A stretch of DNA of 64,000 nucleotides from Nostoc sp. DedSLP01 (GCA_034530875.2 JAVRCJ020000017.1:96001-160000), one strand, 5' to 3'. Counted from the stretch's first letter, positions 43,943 to 54,005 are shown. Program-made: numbers and translations. Notes: generated by a model not told the origin, from the sequence alone.

Positions 43943-44764
43943 CTATCCCCCACTTATATTTAGTATGATACCATGATACCATGTTATATATAATCTGTCA
44001 GATTTGGGGCGATCGCTAAGATTGGCTGTGAAACCCTTACCACGCTTAGGTTTTTACTTTTATCCCCCTCTCTTAGGTGGTATGATACCAGATACCACTT
44101 AGAAATAAGCCATAGAAATATTCTATGATTGCTATAGACTTTTACCTATGGATTCTTAGTACTTTACTGGATCCTTATTCTATCCCCCTCTTATCTGTGG
44201 TATGATACCAGATACCATAACCTAGATACCGCAGGATAAAAAATGACATTTTATAGATATAGTAATATAATGATATATAGTTATATAGTTAAATGGTTAT
44301 GAAAAAGTACACAACATTACTCAGACTTCCAGAAGATGTTAAGGGGCTACTAGAAGCCGCCAAAGCTATTACAGGTAAGTCTCAGCATCAACTAATCCTA
44401 GAGGCTATTCAAGAGGCTCTAGGGGGCTATCCAGCCGCCCAGCTTACCATTTTAGACAGACTAGATAAAATAGAGGCTCAACTATCCGCATCAAAGTAGC
44501 CCATAATACCTATCCTATCTCACTTATTCCCAGGTATTACCTGGGTTTTCTATTTGGTATCATATCTTGTGGTATCTGGTATGATACCATTAATAAGAGA
44601 GAGATAGAATATTATTAGATATTTTAAAGGTATTATAATATTTTTAATGGTATCTGGTATCATACCGTTAGAGAGAGGGGGGTAGTACAAGTATTCTGGA
44701 TTGTCCCTATCTTGATACTAAAATAGTGGTATCTGGTATGACACCACTAAAGAGAGGGGGATAG
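43943..44764. repeat. Six ~38-bp repeats, three facing left and three facing right (TGGTATCTGGTATSATACCA...AGAGGGGGATAG)
   Basis: Minus-strand copies 43943-43981, 44060-44097, 44180-44217; plus-strand copies 44570-44607, 44648-44685, 44727-44764. Confidence 0.88.
44293..44499 (+). CDS. Small RHH-like DNA-binding protein
   Basis: TTLLRLPEDVKGLLE...GKSQHQLILEAIQEAL; hairpin CCCAGGTATTACCTGGG plus T-run downstream. Confidence 0.75.
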   Translation: MVMKKYTTLLRLPEDVKGLLEAAKAITGKSQHQLILEAIQEALGGYPAAQLTILDRLDKIEAQLSASK

Positions 44765-44932
44765 TATAGAAGTTTGACTGATTAGGGTTATTAAGGGTCA
44801 TTATTTAGTTCCTTTGGTTATTTGAAAGCCATTATTTGAATCCTTGGGCACTTAGCCCGGTTGTTTGTGTACTTTTAATACTTCTTTGGTCTTTGGGGCA
44901 ACTAGCTGGTTACTAGTTGCCCTATTTGATGT

Positions 44933-45082
44933 CTAGTCCTCATCCTGAATGCTCAGGTAAAGCCCGATCGCATCTCTGATAATCTCTGAGACAGGCTTCT
45001 GTTTTTTATTGCTTACCCGTAGTAGCTTTGTCTGTACATCGGTGGATAATCTAAGTGTCTGTTGTGCGTCTTGTCTTTTCAT
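44933..45082 (-). CDS. 49-aa CopG/RHH-like protein (below ORF-track cutoff)
   Basis: MKRQDAQQTLRLSTDVQTKLLRVSNKKQKPVSEIIRDAIGLYLSIQDED*; hairpin GGGCAACTAG...CTAGTTGCCC follows. Confidence 0.7.
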   Translation of the reverse strand: MKRQDAQQTLRLSTDVQTKLLRVSNKKQKPVSEIIRDAIGLYLSIQDED

Positions 45083-45303
45083 TGGTGTATTTCTTTTGCA
45101 TCGCTTATCTTTACTTTGTCAGATCCAATATTCAACAGTAGAATCAGGGTTCTAGCCTCTGGGTGTCTCTGATTTCCCCTGTTAAACCTTAAGAGAATCT
45201 AAAGATAATCCTAAGTCTGCCTTGATCGCCTGGGGTAGTAGAACCCACTAAGAAGCCCCAGGAAGTTATTAGACTTCCTGGGGTTACTTGTGCGTTTTAA
45301 GAC

Positions 45304-45534
45304 TTAACCGATATACCAGATGTAGATTTTTCTTGCGTTCTTTCTTCTAGGGGTTAGTTCCCACCAATCCATCATTTTAGCTTCGCGGCAGAAGTCATCA
45401 ACCATATTAAGTGTTCCGTCCCAATCCCAACCTGTCGATTCCATAGCTTCTAGTATTCTGTCGAGAACTTTTTCAACTACAGCCACATCATATCTAGTGG
45501 TGTTTACAGGGATTTGTGCAGTTAGATTAGACAT
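45304..45534 (-). CDS. Hypothetical protein (76 aa, Trp-rich)
   Basis: ORF with AGGA upstream and CCCCAGGAAG...CTTCCTGGGG hairpin downstream. Confidence 0.6.
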   Translation of the reverse strand: MSNLTAQIPVNTTRYDVAVVEKVLDRILEAMESTGWDWDGTLNMVDDFCREAKMMDWWELTPRRKNARKIYIWYIG

Positions 45535-45620
45535 GATAAAATGTTCCTAAGATTTAAATGTTTTGATTACCAGGAGGAGCCGTTAACTTCTCTTGGTTTT
45601 TTACTTTGGGAAATCAACTT

Positions 45621-45767
45621 TTAGGTCAAGTTGGTATTTGGAAGAATCTTTACTTTGATGTATGCGTTGAGTGAGACAGTCTGACCTTGGGTGTTACTGT
45701 ATGCCAACTGAGCTTCTAGCAATCTTTGGTATTCCTCATCCGTCAGTCGAACCGTTATGTGTTTCAT
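45621..45767 (-). CDS. 48-aa RHH/MobC-like protein (below ORF-track cutoff)
   Basis: MKHITVRLTDEEYQRLLEAQLAYSNTQGQTVSLNAYIKVKILPNTNLT*; strong RBS GGAGGT. Confidence 0.7.
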   Translation of the reverse strand: MKHITVRLTDEEYQRLLEAQLAYSNTQGQTVSLNAYIKVKILPNTNLT

Positions 45768-45949
45768 TTACCTCCCTGAACTCTATACATCCATAGTAGT
45801 CAGTTTAGTTTATGACTACATTAGTAACATTACTGTACTTTTAGATATTTTATTTACCTAAATAACTCTCAGCATTCTATTGAAAAACCCCCAGAAGTCC
45901 TAGTGAACACTGGGGTAGTATTTAAGGAAATATTAGATACTCTTTGACT

Positions 45950-46624
45950 CTATAAATCTCTACCTAGCACACTGTTGATATAAAACATATCTTCAGTGGT
46001 CAAATCAGAAGCGTCTGGTACACCTAAAGGATTTACTCTGGATAGCTCAACTAGTCTGACCAAATCCTGTACTCTTCTGGAGAAACCAGCATGAGAGTAA
46101 TCATCTGACCAAAAACCACCTTCCTTCAGAACAGAATCGAGCACAACCTCGAACCACTCGAAACCGCCAATAGGGTCAAAGTTATTCCCGTCTTCACCAT
46201 GTAGCAAAGTAAGAACTCCTTTGTACAACTCTTGGGGGCTACTGTAGGTCTGTCCGCGCCATGTAAGCCCCCCATTACCTATTCTGAAGGTAGAACTTTC
46301 TACCCCGGTGTACTCATGGGATAACAGACCAATCACAGTTCTAATAAACAAATCTTGACCTTTGGCTTGCCCTAAATCTTTCACTGTGCGTTCATAGACT
46401 TTCGGATAGTTTGTAGAGTCCAATAAGCCATACTTGATACCTTTTTCGATGACATTATTGTTAAACTCATGAACTCGATTTTGGCTCATTTGTCCCTTAA
46501 TCTTTTCAGCCATAAGCTGTTGTTCCTTGGCTTTGGCTTGAGCCGCCTTAGCATCTAAAATGGCTTGTGCCTCGGCCATTTCAGCTTTCAAATCTGCCAA
46601 CCATTTTTCATTATTGATTTCCAT
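45950..46624 (-). CDS. Hypothetical protein (N-terminal coiled coil)
   Basis: 224-aa ORF with AAGGA RBS, co-directional with the integrase. Confidence 0.75.
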   Translation of the reverse strand: MEINNEKWLADLKAEMAEAQAILDAKAAQAKAKEQQLMAEKIKGQMSQNRVHEFNNNVIEKGIKYGLLDSTNYPKVYERTVKDLGQAKGQDLFIRTVIGLLSHEYTGVESSTFRIGNGGLTWRGQTYSSPQELYKGVLTLLHGEDGNNFDPIGGFEWFEVVLDSVLKEGGFWSDDYSHAGFSRRVQDLVRLVELSRVNPLGVPDASDLTTEDMFYINSVLGRDL

Positions 46625-46638
46625 TTTTTCGTAGTTCC

Positions 46639-46872
46639 TTAGTATTTTTCAGAGTTAATCAAATGTTGAGCGAGGAAGTTCAAAACTTGGGTATTTTCTG
46701 CCAGTTGTACCTCAATGCGTTCAAGAGTTTCCTGGGTTTTATCTTGGCGATCGCTGAGGTCTTTAATGTCCTTCCGAAGTTGCGTTGGCGATAAGGTAAC
46801 GGATTTGGGCTGCCATAGAGATCCCATTAGTTGTAGAAAGGGATTTAAGTTTGTTGTAGATATGTTCATCAA
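46639..46872 (-). CDS. Small coiled-coil hypothetical protein
   Basis: 77-aa ORF between the integrase and the 224-aa gene. Confidence 0.6.
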   Translation of the reverse strand: MMNISTTNLNPFLQLMGSLWQPKSVTLSPTQLRKDIKDLSDRQDKTQETLERIEVQLAENTQVLNFLAQHLINSEKY

Positions 46873-46954
46873 GGGTTATAGGTAGTTTTTTGTTAGCCAT
46901 AAAATGTTCCGTGTATCTAAATAATGTCAAGTTAGATATCCTAAGTTAGTCAAC

Positions 46955-48064
46955 CTAGCCAAGAGTTATATTCGGTAACTCTGGGCGGTTAACCAGATGA
47001 GCGTAAGTTTGCATAACCATTCGGGTGTCTTTATGTCCGAGTAAATATGCCACCCCGGTGATCGGCGTACCTTGGTCTATGGCATGACTAGCAGTCGTGT
47101 GCCGAGTAGTATACGGTCTTCGGTAATCTACACCGACTCTAGTTAATACCTTAATCCAGTATCTTTCTCTGAAGTTACCGTCATCTATTGGTTTTCCTTT
47201 GACTGTAGTAAATACTAAGGAATCCTGGTCAGGTTTAGGAGGTTTGATTGACCACAAGAGTAGGCGTAACTCATCAGTCATTGCTAGATGTCTGCTGCTA
47301 CCCGTTTTAGTCTCCTTTCTGACCCTCTGATAACCATTACCAGCCCAGTCTCTAGAGAGACTTTCATGGATAGTTACAAGCCCTTGGTCAAAGTCCACAT
47401 GACGCCAACATAACCCAATAGCTTCAGATGTCCTAACACCTGTAGCCAGTAAAAACTTAACAAAAGGCGCGTAGTGCATGGCTGACTCTTCAAAGCCCTG
47501 AATGATTGCTTTAATCTCTCTGGAGGTAAAGGGTTTGATCGGTTTAGCGTACACCCTGCGGGTTTTTAGCCCGTCATAGGGGTTACTAGTAACCAAGTTT
47601 TTGGATACAGCCCAGCGATAGCATCTTTTCAAATAACCCAGGCGTTGATTAAAAGTTGAGGCTCCTAAGTTGGATTGGGTCAGCCATGTGGTATCTATCA
47701 AGTCTGGGTTAGCTTTAACAATCTGCTGCCTAATGGCTTTGTAGTGATGCTGTCTGGTAGCTCTTGAAAGGTTGAGGCTGTCTACCCAGTTATCCCACAG
47801 TTCTAGCAGCATTTGAGGTTTTGACACCTGGCTACTGGATTGTATAGATTGCTTTGGGGCTAACCGATAACGGTTTAGCGTCGGGTCAAAGTTCTTAGCT
47901 AGGATGTCATTTTGTATTTGGCTGGCGATCGCTTGTGCTGTTTTTAAGTCCCTGTTGTTGGTAAACTGCCCCCCAGGTATAGGGTTAAAGCTGTACCGTT
48001 TACCACCCACAGAAAACTTTAGTTGAATAGACCCGTTATTATTAACTGGCTTGATTTCCCTCAC
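46955..48064 (-). CDS. Tyrosine recombinase/integrase with N-terminal arm-binding domain
   Basis: NNNGSIQLKFSVGGKRY arm domain; TGVRTSE, TKTG, YTTRHT, LLGH, QTYAH catalytic motifs. Confidence 0.95.
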   Translation of the reverse strand: MREIKPVNNNGSIQLKFSVGGKRYSFNPIPGGQFTNNRDLKTAQAIASQIQNDILAKNFDPTLNRYRLAPKQSIQSSSQVSKPQMLLELWDNWVDSLNLSRATRQHHYKAIRQQIVKANPDLIDTTWLTQSNLGASTFNQRLGYLKRCYRWAVSKNLVTSNPYDGLKTRRVYAKPIKPFTSREIKAIIQGFEESAMHYAPFVKFLLATGVRTSEAIGLCWRHVDFDQGLVTIHESLSRDWAGNGYQRVRKETKTGSSRHLAMTDELRLLLWSIKPPKPDQDSLVFTTVKGKPIDDGNFRERYWIKVLTRVGVDYRRPYTTRHTTASHAIDQGTPITGVAYLLGHKDTRMVMQTYAHLVNRPELPNITLG

Positions 48065-48141
48065 TGTCCTAACCCTGTCTTAAAGGTTGTGCTAGGACTT
48101 GGTAAGGTGCTTATAGGTAAAGCTTTTTGAGTTACAAGGCT

Positions 48142-48191
48142 ACACCCTTGGTAAGGGTGAGGTCACGAGTTCAATCCTCGTCACGGGCTTG
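48142..48191 (+). repeat. attR core (duplicated 3' part of tRNA-Thr)
   Basis: ACACCCTTGGTAAGGGTGAGGTCACGAGTTCAATCCTCGTCACGGGCTTG; lacks the tRNA 5' half. Confidence 0.95.
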
Positions 48192-48289
48192 CTCTATAAG
48201 TTTATAAATCAACATCAAATGCTTTCACTCACATTAGTTAAAGAGACGAAAGCTAACTTTTGAACTTACATCATTAATAACTTGTTCCG

Positions 48290-48360
48290 CATTTAAGTTG
48301 CATAATTAGGGCGGGCTTCCCGGCGTATCCCACAATAATTTGATTATGCAATTTAGATGT
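48290..48360. repeat. Dispersed MITE/REP-like element, copy 1 (copy 2 at 61155-61234)
   Basis: CATTTAAGTTGCATAATTAGGGCGG ... TTTGATTATGCAATTTAGATGT is shared; ends are inverted repeats. Confidence 0.8.
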
Positions 48361-48870
48361 TTTTCAGCCGCTCGAAAAGCCTCCAGCCTGAATAGTCAAG
48401 ACTCATATCAACAAACTATGTAATATTTGATATTGAATTTTAGTTTGATTAGAGAAAATTTCAAGATAAATACTTTAATTTCAGCAGGGTATTTGCTGCT
48501 TTATGAAGTATAAATACCTTATTTACTATAAAACTAAATTGCCATCTATCTAAAGATATATATTTATTGATTGGTGTTGATGTTTAATAAAAAACTCCGG
48601 AAGAGAAAGTGTTTAATGTCAGTTAATGATTTTAAGCATTGTAATTTAATCAACATAGGTTATATGAAGCTATGCAGTGCGTAGATTGAGGAAGATATTT
48701 TTAATACTACAATAGTAAAAACCTCACAGTACAACCTCACAAATATGTCGTCCTGATTTGGGATGAATTAGCGATTCAATGATTCTTAACCTTCGATTCA
48801 ATTAAAGATAGATCCAGAGAATCGTCTAATTCGATACAATTTATAGGCTGAGAGAGCCAAGGAGAACAAG

Positions 48871-50010
48871 GTGGTCTTATTAAAAGGCTTTGAGATTGAG
48901 ATGTATACTGGCACGCCTCAAGGTGAAATCGTTGGTCTCTCCGACAAAATTGTTGCAGCTTTAGATGGATTTGTTCGGGAACCAGATAGCCGCAACGTGG
49001 AATATACGACCCAGCCATCGGCGAGTTACGAGAAGTTATTGTGTGCGCTACTGCATCCCAGACGGACGTTGCGAAACTACCTCAATCGTTTGGGCAATTA
49101 CACCCTCATACCAGGGAGTACCTTGTCTTTAGGTGGAAGCGATCGCTTTGTGCGTTCCGATCCCACTAACCCCTATCATGACTACATCGAGCAAACCTAC
49201 GGTACAAAAGTAGTCACCGCTAGCGTACATATAAATATCGGCATTAGCGACCCAGAAACATTAATGCGGGCGTGTCGGGTGATTCGAACAGAAGCGCCTT
49301 TATTTTTAGCCCTGAGTGCTTCGTCTCCCTTCTTAGATGGCAAAGCAACCGGCTATCATTCGACTCGTTGGGGTCTGTTCCCCCAAACGCCTAGCCAAGT
49401 TCCGTTATTTACCAGCCATGCGCATCATATTCAGTGGGTAGAGAATCAACTGGCTGCTGGAACAATGCAAAATGTGCGCCATTTATGGTCATCAGTACGA
49501 CCAAATGGCGATCGCCGTCCCTACGATCTAAATCGATTAGAACTGCGAATTTGCGATTTAGTCACAGACCCCATTGCCTTACTAGCGATTAGTGCTTTAT
49601 TAGAAGCGCGTCTGTTACAAGTAATCGAAAATCCTGGCATCGACCCATTAATCCAAAGTCAGTTTTCTCCCGCAGAACTCGTAGCTTTGACTGCTGAAAA
49701 CGAAACCGCTGCTGCTGCTACTAGTCTTGATGCTCAACTAACCCATTGGCGAGATGGCAGAAGCATCACAGCTAGAGATTGGATTGCCGAAATTTACCAC
49801 GATGTTTGGGCGATCGCCAAACAAGAGGGCTTTAGCTGTTTCCTTTCACCTTTGCACAAAATCCTCCGCGAAGGCAATGAAGCTCAACAGTGGTTGCAGT
49901 TACACGCAGTAGGTGTTGACAGCCACCGCGTCATCAATCAAGCTATTATTGCCACTCAAGAACGCGAAATCGAACTCGAAGATAAATTGTGTTCTTCGCT
50001 GCTAGCGTAA
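48871..50010 (+). CDS. gshA: Glutamate--cysteine ligase (cyanobacterial type)
   Basis: KGFEIE, EPDSRNVEY, TASVHINIG, LSASSPF, RLELRICD. Confidence 0.92.
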   Translation: MVLLKGFEIEMYTGTPQGEIVGLSDKIVAALDGFVREPDSRNVEYTTQPSASYEKLLCALLHPRRTLRNYLNRLGNYTLIPGSTLSLGGSDRFVRSDPTNPYHDYIEQTYGTKVVTASVHINIGISDPETLMRACRVIRTEAPLFLALSASSPFLDGKATGYHSTRWGLFPQTPSQVPLFTSHAHHIQWVENQLAAGTMQNVRHLWSSVRPNGDRRPYDLNRLELRICDLVTDPIALLAISALLEARLLQVIENPGIDPLIQSQFSPAELVALTAENETAAAATSLDAQLTHWRDGRSITARDWIAEIYHDVWAIAKQEGFSCFLSPLHKILREGNEAQQWLQLHAVGVDSHRVINQAIIATQEREIELEDKLCSSLLA

Positions 50011-50386
50011 TTGAAGGGACTAGGGAAGAGGCATAGGAGCACAGGAGAAAATAATAACTCCTTACTCTTGTAAAGACGCGATGAATCGCGTCTCTGCCAA
50101 TGCCCAATTTCCAATTGCCTTCAAACCAATGGTAGATTTTGGGCAAACGATACTCAGCTTAATAGATACAAGTAACTGCTTCATCTATAAAAAACTTAAT
50201 ATTTTCTGATTTCAGCCAAAAATCCTCTCAGGCAATGTTCTGAGAAGATTTTGGGTTTCGTTTTAAAAATCTAATAGATGGGTAATGCTTGATTATTATT
50301 AACAAAACCTATGAATAGCTTCTGTCTTTTGGTAGATTTTACATTGACAAGAAATTATTTTATACAATACGTAAATTGTACGGATA

Positions 50387-50848
50387 ATGCCTCAGGTAGT
50401 TTTAGTTAACCCGCAAATTCCTCCTAATACAGGTAACATTGCTCGTACCTGTGCAGCTACGGATACGGAGTTACATTTAGTGGGGCCTTTAGGGTTTGAA
50501 ATTAGCGATCGCTACCTCAAAAGAGCTGGCTTGGATTACTGGCCTTATGTCAAGCTGCACTATCACGAATCTATAGAAGCCTTTCAAAGCTTACACCACA
50601 AGCGCGGAGGTAGGTGGCTTGGTTATAGTGTCGCCGGAAGTATTAACTATGTTAGTTTTCAGTTTCAAGCTGATGATTGGTTATTATTTGGTAGTGAAAC
50701 TACTGGGTTACCACCAACGGTTTTGTCACATTGTGATGCAACCTTATATATTCCTATGAGCCAACCTGGGGTTCGGAGTCTGAACCTCTCAGTGAGTGTA
50801 GCAATTGGTTTGTTTGAAAGCCGTCGTCAGCTAGGCTATTTACAATAG
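50387..50848 (+). CDS. trmL: tRNA (cytidine(34)-2'-O)-methyltransferase
   Basis: PQIPPNTGNIAR, RAGLDYW, FGSET, RSLNLS (SPOUT fold). Confidence 0.95.
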   Translation: MPQVVLVNPQIPPNTGNIARTCAATDTELHLVGPLGFEISDRYLKRAGLDYWPYVKLHYHESIEAFQSLHHKRGGRWLGYSVAGSINYVSFQFQADDWLLFGSETTGLPPTVLSHCDATLYIPMSQPGVRSLNLSVSVAIGLFESRRQLGYLQ

Positions 50849-51645
50849 TGATTTACTTAGATTAGTATAAGTACATATACTTAAGTTTTTTCCAGATCCT
50901 AATCGGGAGATTTATTTGTAGCAGCAAAATTGTTTATTGTTACTGCAAAAGCATTGTCAAAAAATACACCTGAAATGTGATTTTTTAGTAAACTGTAGTG
51001 GAAGATACTTACAAGGAAAGGAAGGTTATTATAAGAAATTTGTATATTAAATTCGGGATAATGCCAAATTTCAATGATAGATTTTGATGAATTTGCAGCA
51101 TTCCAGATGGGGGAACAAAAGCACTAAAACAGACTCAGAAAGCGCATTTGAGGTAGTTTGGCTCGGATGACCCTCAGATTGCATCCCAAAAGTAGCCGAT
51201 AGTTAGTACGGTTGTTTTTTAGGGAATAATCAACGTAAAGTCTCGTGTTGGGAAGACTGATTGTGTAGAAATATCTTGAAGATATCTACAAGCAGGGGCA
51301 TCGCTTTTCCAGAAGTCGCAGCAATTTATTTTTCGGCAGCGACTATGGACTTGACAAACTATTTGCAAAGTTCCCGTGATTGACGCAAGACAAGCGCGGA
51401 TAACAGCAAAGAGGAAAACGTCCTAAATGGTGTGAAGAGTGGTTCGGACAAGCAAACACAGCAATATTTGAAGTTTTGCTAACACATGTGAACTTGTCTA
51501 AATCAGAGAAGCAGGTTAATCTTGCGTAAGCATCTCTGGTGAATGCGATCTCGATTCATCGTTCATTGCGATCTAAATCATTGACTAGTATCCAATTGAA
51601 AAATCGAGGTCAGTTAAGCGCTAGCGATCGTTAAGGAGGTCGTCT

Positions 51646-53943
51646 TTGAAACGAGCATTGAAAAAGAGAGTAAAAGCTGTGTTGAACAATAACCCCAGCA
51701 GCGATGATGCCCCGGTAGAACAGCTAAATGTAGTGAATCCAAAAGTTGACCGTCGGGTGCGGACAAAAGCCGCCATGATTGGCCTGGCAATCTCTATGGG
51801 AGCAACCAGTCTTTTGGTGACTCGACAAAGCGATCAAGCCCAAGCAGCAGTCCCCGTAGGCAGCCAAAAGGCAACCTCAATCATTCCTGCTGTTCGTGAC
51901 ACTGAGGTGAAAATCGCCTCCACCAAGCTGGAGTCCCAAGCAGTCTCATTAACGAGCGTGCCAGAAAATCCCGCGATCGTGGAACCAACAGCAGTCTCAC
52001 AATTGCCTGGGCTTGAAGCTAAGTGGCAAGTTGCGGCCAGCGGAATGTCTTTGCAAGTTCCTGCATCAGAAAACTTTTCCGAAGCAACACCAGCTGATAA
52101 AAAGCTTGCTGATTCAAAGTCACAAGCGGCAGGGTTGAACAATACCCTAGCTGAGACTAGTTTTCCAACAGTCAACAAGCTGTCTAACTATAGTGCTGAT
52201 GGTGTGGTTGTCGTACCACAAACAGTGGCAACAGCTGGGACAGCCAGCAGTGAAATAAATGCACAACTTAAGGCGCAACAAGAATTTGCGCTCAATCGCT
52301 TACAAGAAAAATCAAACCGTTTAAGAAAGAGTCTGGCACAATTGCGGTCTGGAGAGACCGAAAATTTATCACAAACTGGTATTGGAAATACTGTAGTTGA
52401 GAAGACTCTATTAGCAAAGTCAGAGCCTTCTGGCGATACCAGCAAAGCTAAACTGATATCGAGATTAAAACAGAAGTCAGAGATTAGCGAACTGGGATCG
52501 GCTACAGCAGCAACACCAACATTAATCGCCTCCTCGACTAGAACGGCGTATGAAGTCAAGCCTGGAGATACGCTCGCTGCGATCGCCGGCAGATACAATA
52601 CATCAGTATCAGAACTAGTTAAGGCAAATAACCTCAGTAACCCAAATCAACTGCAAATCAGTCAAAAACTGATTATTCCAGTTGCTCGACTTGAGGCACC
52701 ATTAGCAACTAAACCCACTTTTGTAGAGCCTGTAAAATCTGTAGAGCCTACTAATATTGCCCAAGCCACCTCGCCTGTGAGCATTGGTAGTGCTAACTCG
52801 TATTTACCCAGCTCTCCTTTACCCAGTTCACCATCGCCAATTATTGCTGACAACAGTAGCGTTACTGTCCCAACACCAGTAACAGCCAACGATCCGATTC
52901 AGTCAGATAATGCAAGCGATTTGCAAACAACTCCCATCGTTCCTAGAGCTTATGGTGTCGGTGGTGAAACCCCAATACCAAAAGTCTTCGTCGAAATCCA
53001 GCAGCCCGAAAAAGCAAGCAATAGGGTGGCAAGGGGTGATTATAACAATAATGACCGTTTGCGGGGCTTACAAGCAGAAATCCAGAGGTTACAGCAGAAA
53101 TATCGCGCTCAACAGTCTGGGAATTTAGTAGTGCCAGCCGCAGCTAATGAAATTAATACTGCTGCAACATTTACTCCTGTTTCGACGCCCAAGAATTTCC
53201 CTGTACCTAACTCCGTGTCTCAACCGAATAACGTAGCGATACCAATTCCGGTTCCGACACCTATTCGAGCTAACTACGCTCAACCAATTAAGCCCCAATT
53301 CCGTGCCACCGTACCCGCTAACGAGCCAATAAATCCTGAGTTCTTACCCAATCTAGGATCTGCTGGTCAGTGGACTCCCCCTCGCAAACCATCTGTCACC
53401 AGAGTTGCAACGCCTTCTAGAGGAGTAAATGCTTCGGATTCTTTAGGAAAGTTACGGGGAACCACAGTTTCTCCACAAACAGTACCGCCTTTGGCAGCAG
53501 TAGATCAATATCTGCCCAGAGCGATTGATGAAACAACACCTCCTCCTTCTGCTTCATCCGTAGCTTACCAGTGGCCAGCAAAAGGCACTCTCACATCTGG
53601 CTTTGGCTGGCGTTGGGGAAGAATGCACAAAGGAATCGACATTGCTAATTCCACTGGTACGCCCGTTTACTCGTCCGCCGACGGGATCGTGGAAAAAGCC
53701 GGCTGGAACAATGGCGGTTACGGTAACCTAGTTGAAATTCGCCATCCTGACGGCAGCACCACTCGCTATGCTCATAACAGCAAGATTCTGGTGCAAGCTG
53801 GTCAGCAGGTAACTCAGGGAGAAACAATTGCTCTCATGGGTAGCACTGGCCACAGTACCGGGCCACACACCCACTTTGAAATTCATCCATCAGGCAAAGG
53901 TGCTGTTAATCCAATAGCTATGTTACCAACAGCACGCCTGTAA
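51646..53943 (+). CDS. LysM + M23 peptidase (NlpD-like)
   Basis: YEVKPGDTL LysM; HKGIDIA, YAH and GPHTHFE M23 motifs. Confidence 0.93.
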   Translation: MKRALKKRVKAVLNNNPSSDDAPVEQLNVVNPKVDRRVRTKAAMIGLAISMGATSLLVTRQSDQAQAAVPVGSQKATSIIPAVRDTEVKIASTKLESQAVSLTSVPENPAIVEPTAVSQLPGLEAKWQVAASGMSLQVPASENFSEATPADKKLADSKSQAAGLNNTLAETSFPTVNKLSNYSADGVVVVPQTVATAGTASSEINAQLKAQQEFALNRLQEKSNRLRKSLAQLRSGETENLSQTGIGNTVVEKTLLAKSEPSGDTSKAKLISRLKQKSEISELGSATAATPTLIASSTRTAYEVKPGDTLAAIAGRYNTSVSELVKANNLSNPNQLQISQKLIIPVARLEAPLATKPTFVEPVKSVEPTNIAQATSPVSIGSANSYLPSSPLPSSPSPIIADNSSVTVPTPVTANDPIQSDNASDLQTTPIVPRAYGVGGETPIPKVFVEIQQPEKASNRVARGDYNNNDRLRGLQAEIQRLQQKYRAQQSGNLVVPAAANEINTAATFTPVSTPKNFPVPNSVSQPNNVAIPIPVPTPIRANYAQPIKPQFRATVPANEPINPEFLPNLGSAGQWTPPRKPSVTRVATPSRGVNASDSLGKLRGTTVSPQTVPPLAAVDQYLPRAIDETTPPPSASSVAYQWPAKGTLTSGFGWRWGRMHKGIDIANSTGTPVYSSADGIVEKAGWNNGGYGNLVEIRHPDGSTTRYAHNSKILVQAGQQVTQGETIALMGSTGHSTGPHTHFEIHPSGKGAVNPIAMLPTARL

Positions 53944-53982
53944 TCGTTGCTTATTTGTAACTAAATCATTGCCTTGTTAATT

Positions 53983-54005
53983 GAGGGAGTTTATCTCCCT
54001 CTTTT
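53983..54005 (+). terminator. Intrinsic terminator
   Basis: GAGGGAG-loop-CTCCCTC-TTTT. Confidence 0.7.

Larger units (their letters stand above)
41187..48191. mobile_element. Integrative element (~6.95 kb) in tRNA-Thr; phage-satellite-like
   Basis: 50-bp perfect direct repeats, tyrosine integrase next to attR, small phage-like ORFs. Confidence 0.92.

Noticed and set aside
44570..44764. Mini-CRISPR (38-bp repeat with ~41-bp gaps)
   Set aside because: Repeats are degenerate, occur in both orientations with different periods, the gaps are low-complexity AT, and there is no cas gene or CRISPR-type terminus.
48142..48191. Second tRNA-Thr gene
   Set aside because: Only the 3' 50 bp are present (no 5' acceptor strand or D arm); it is attR.
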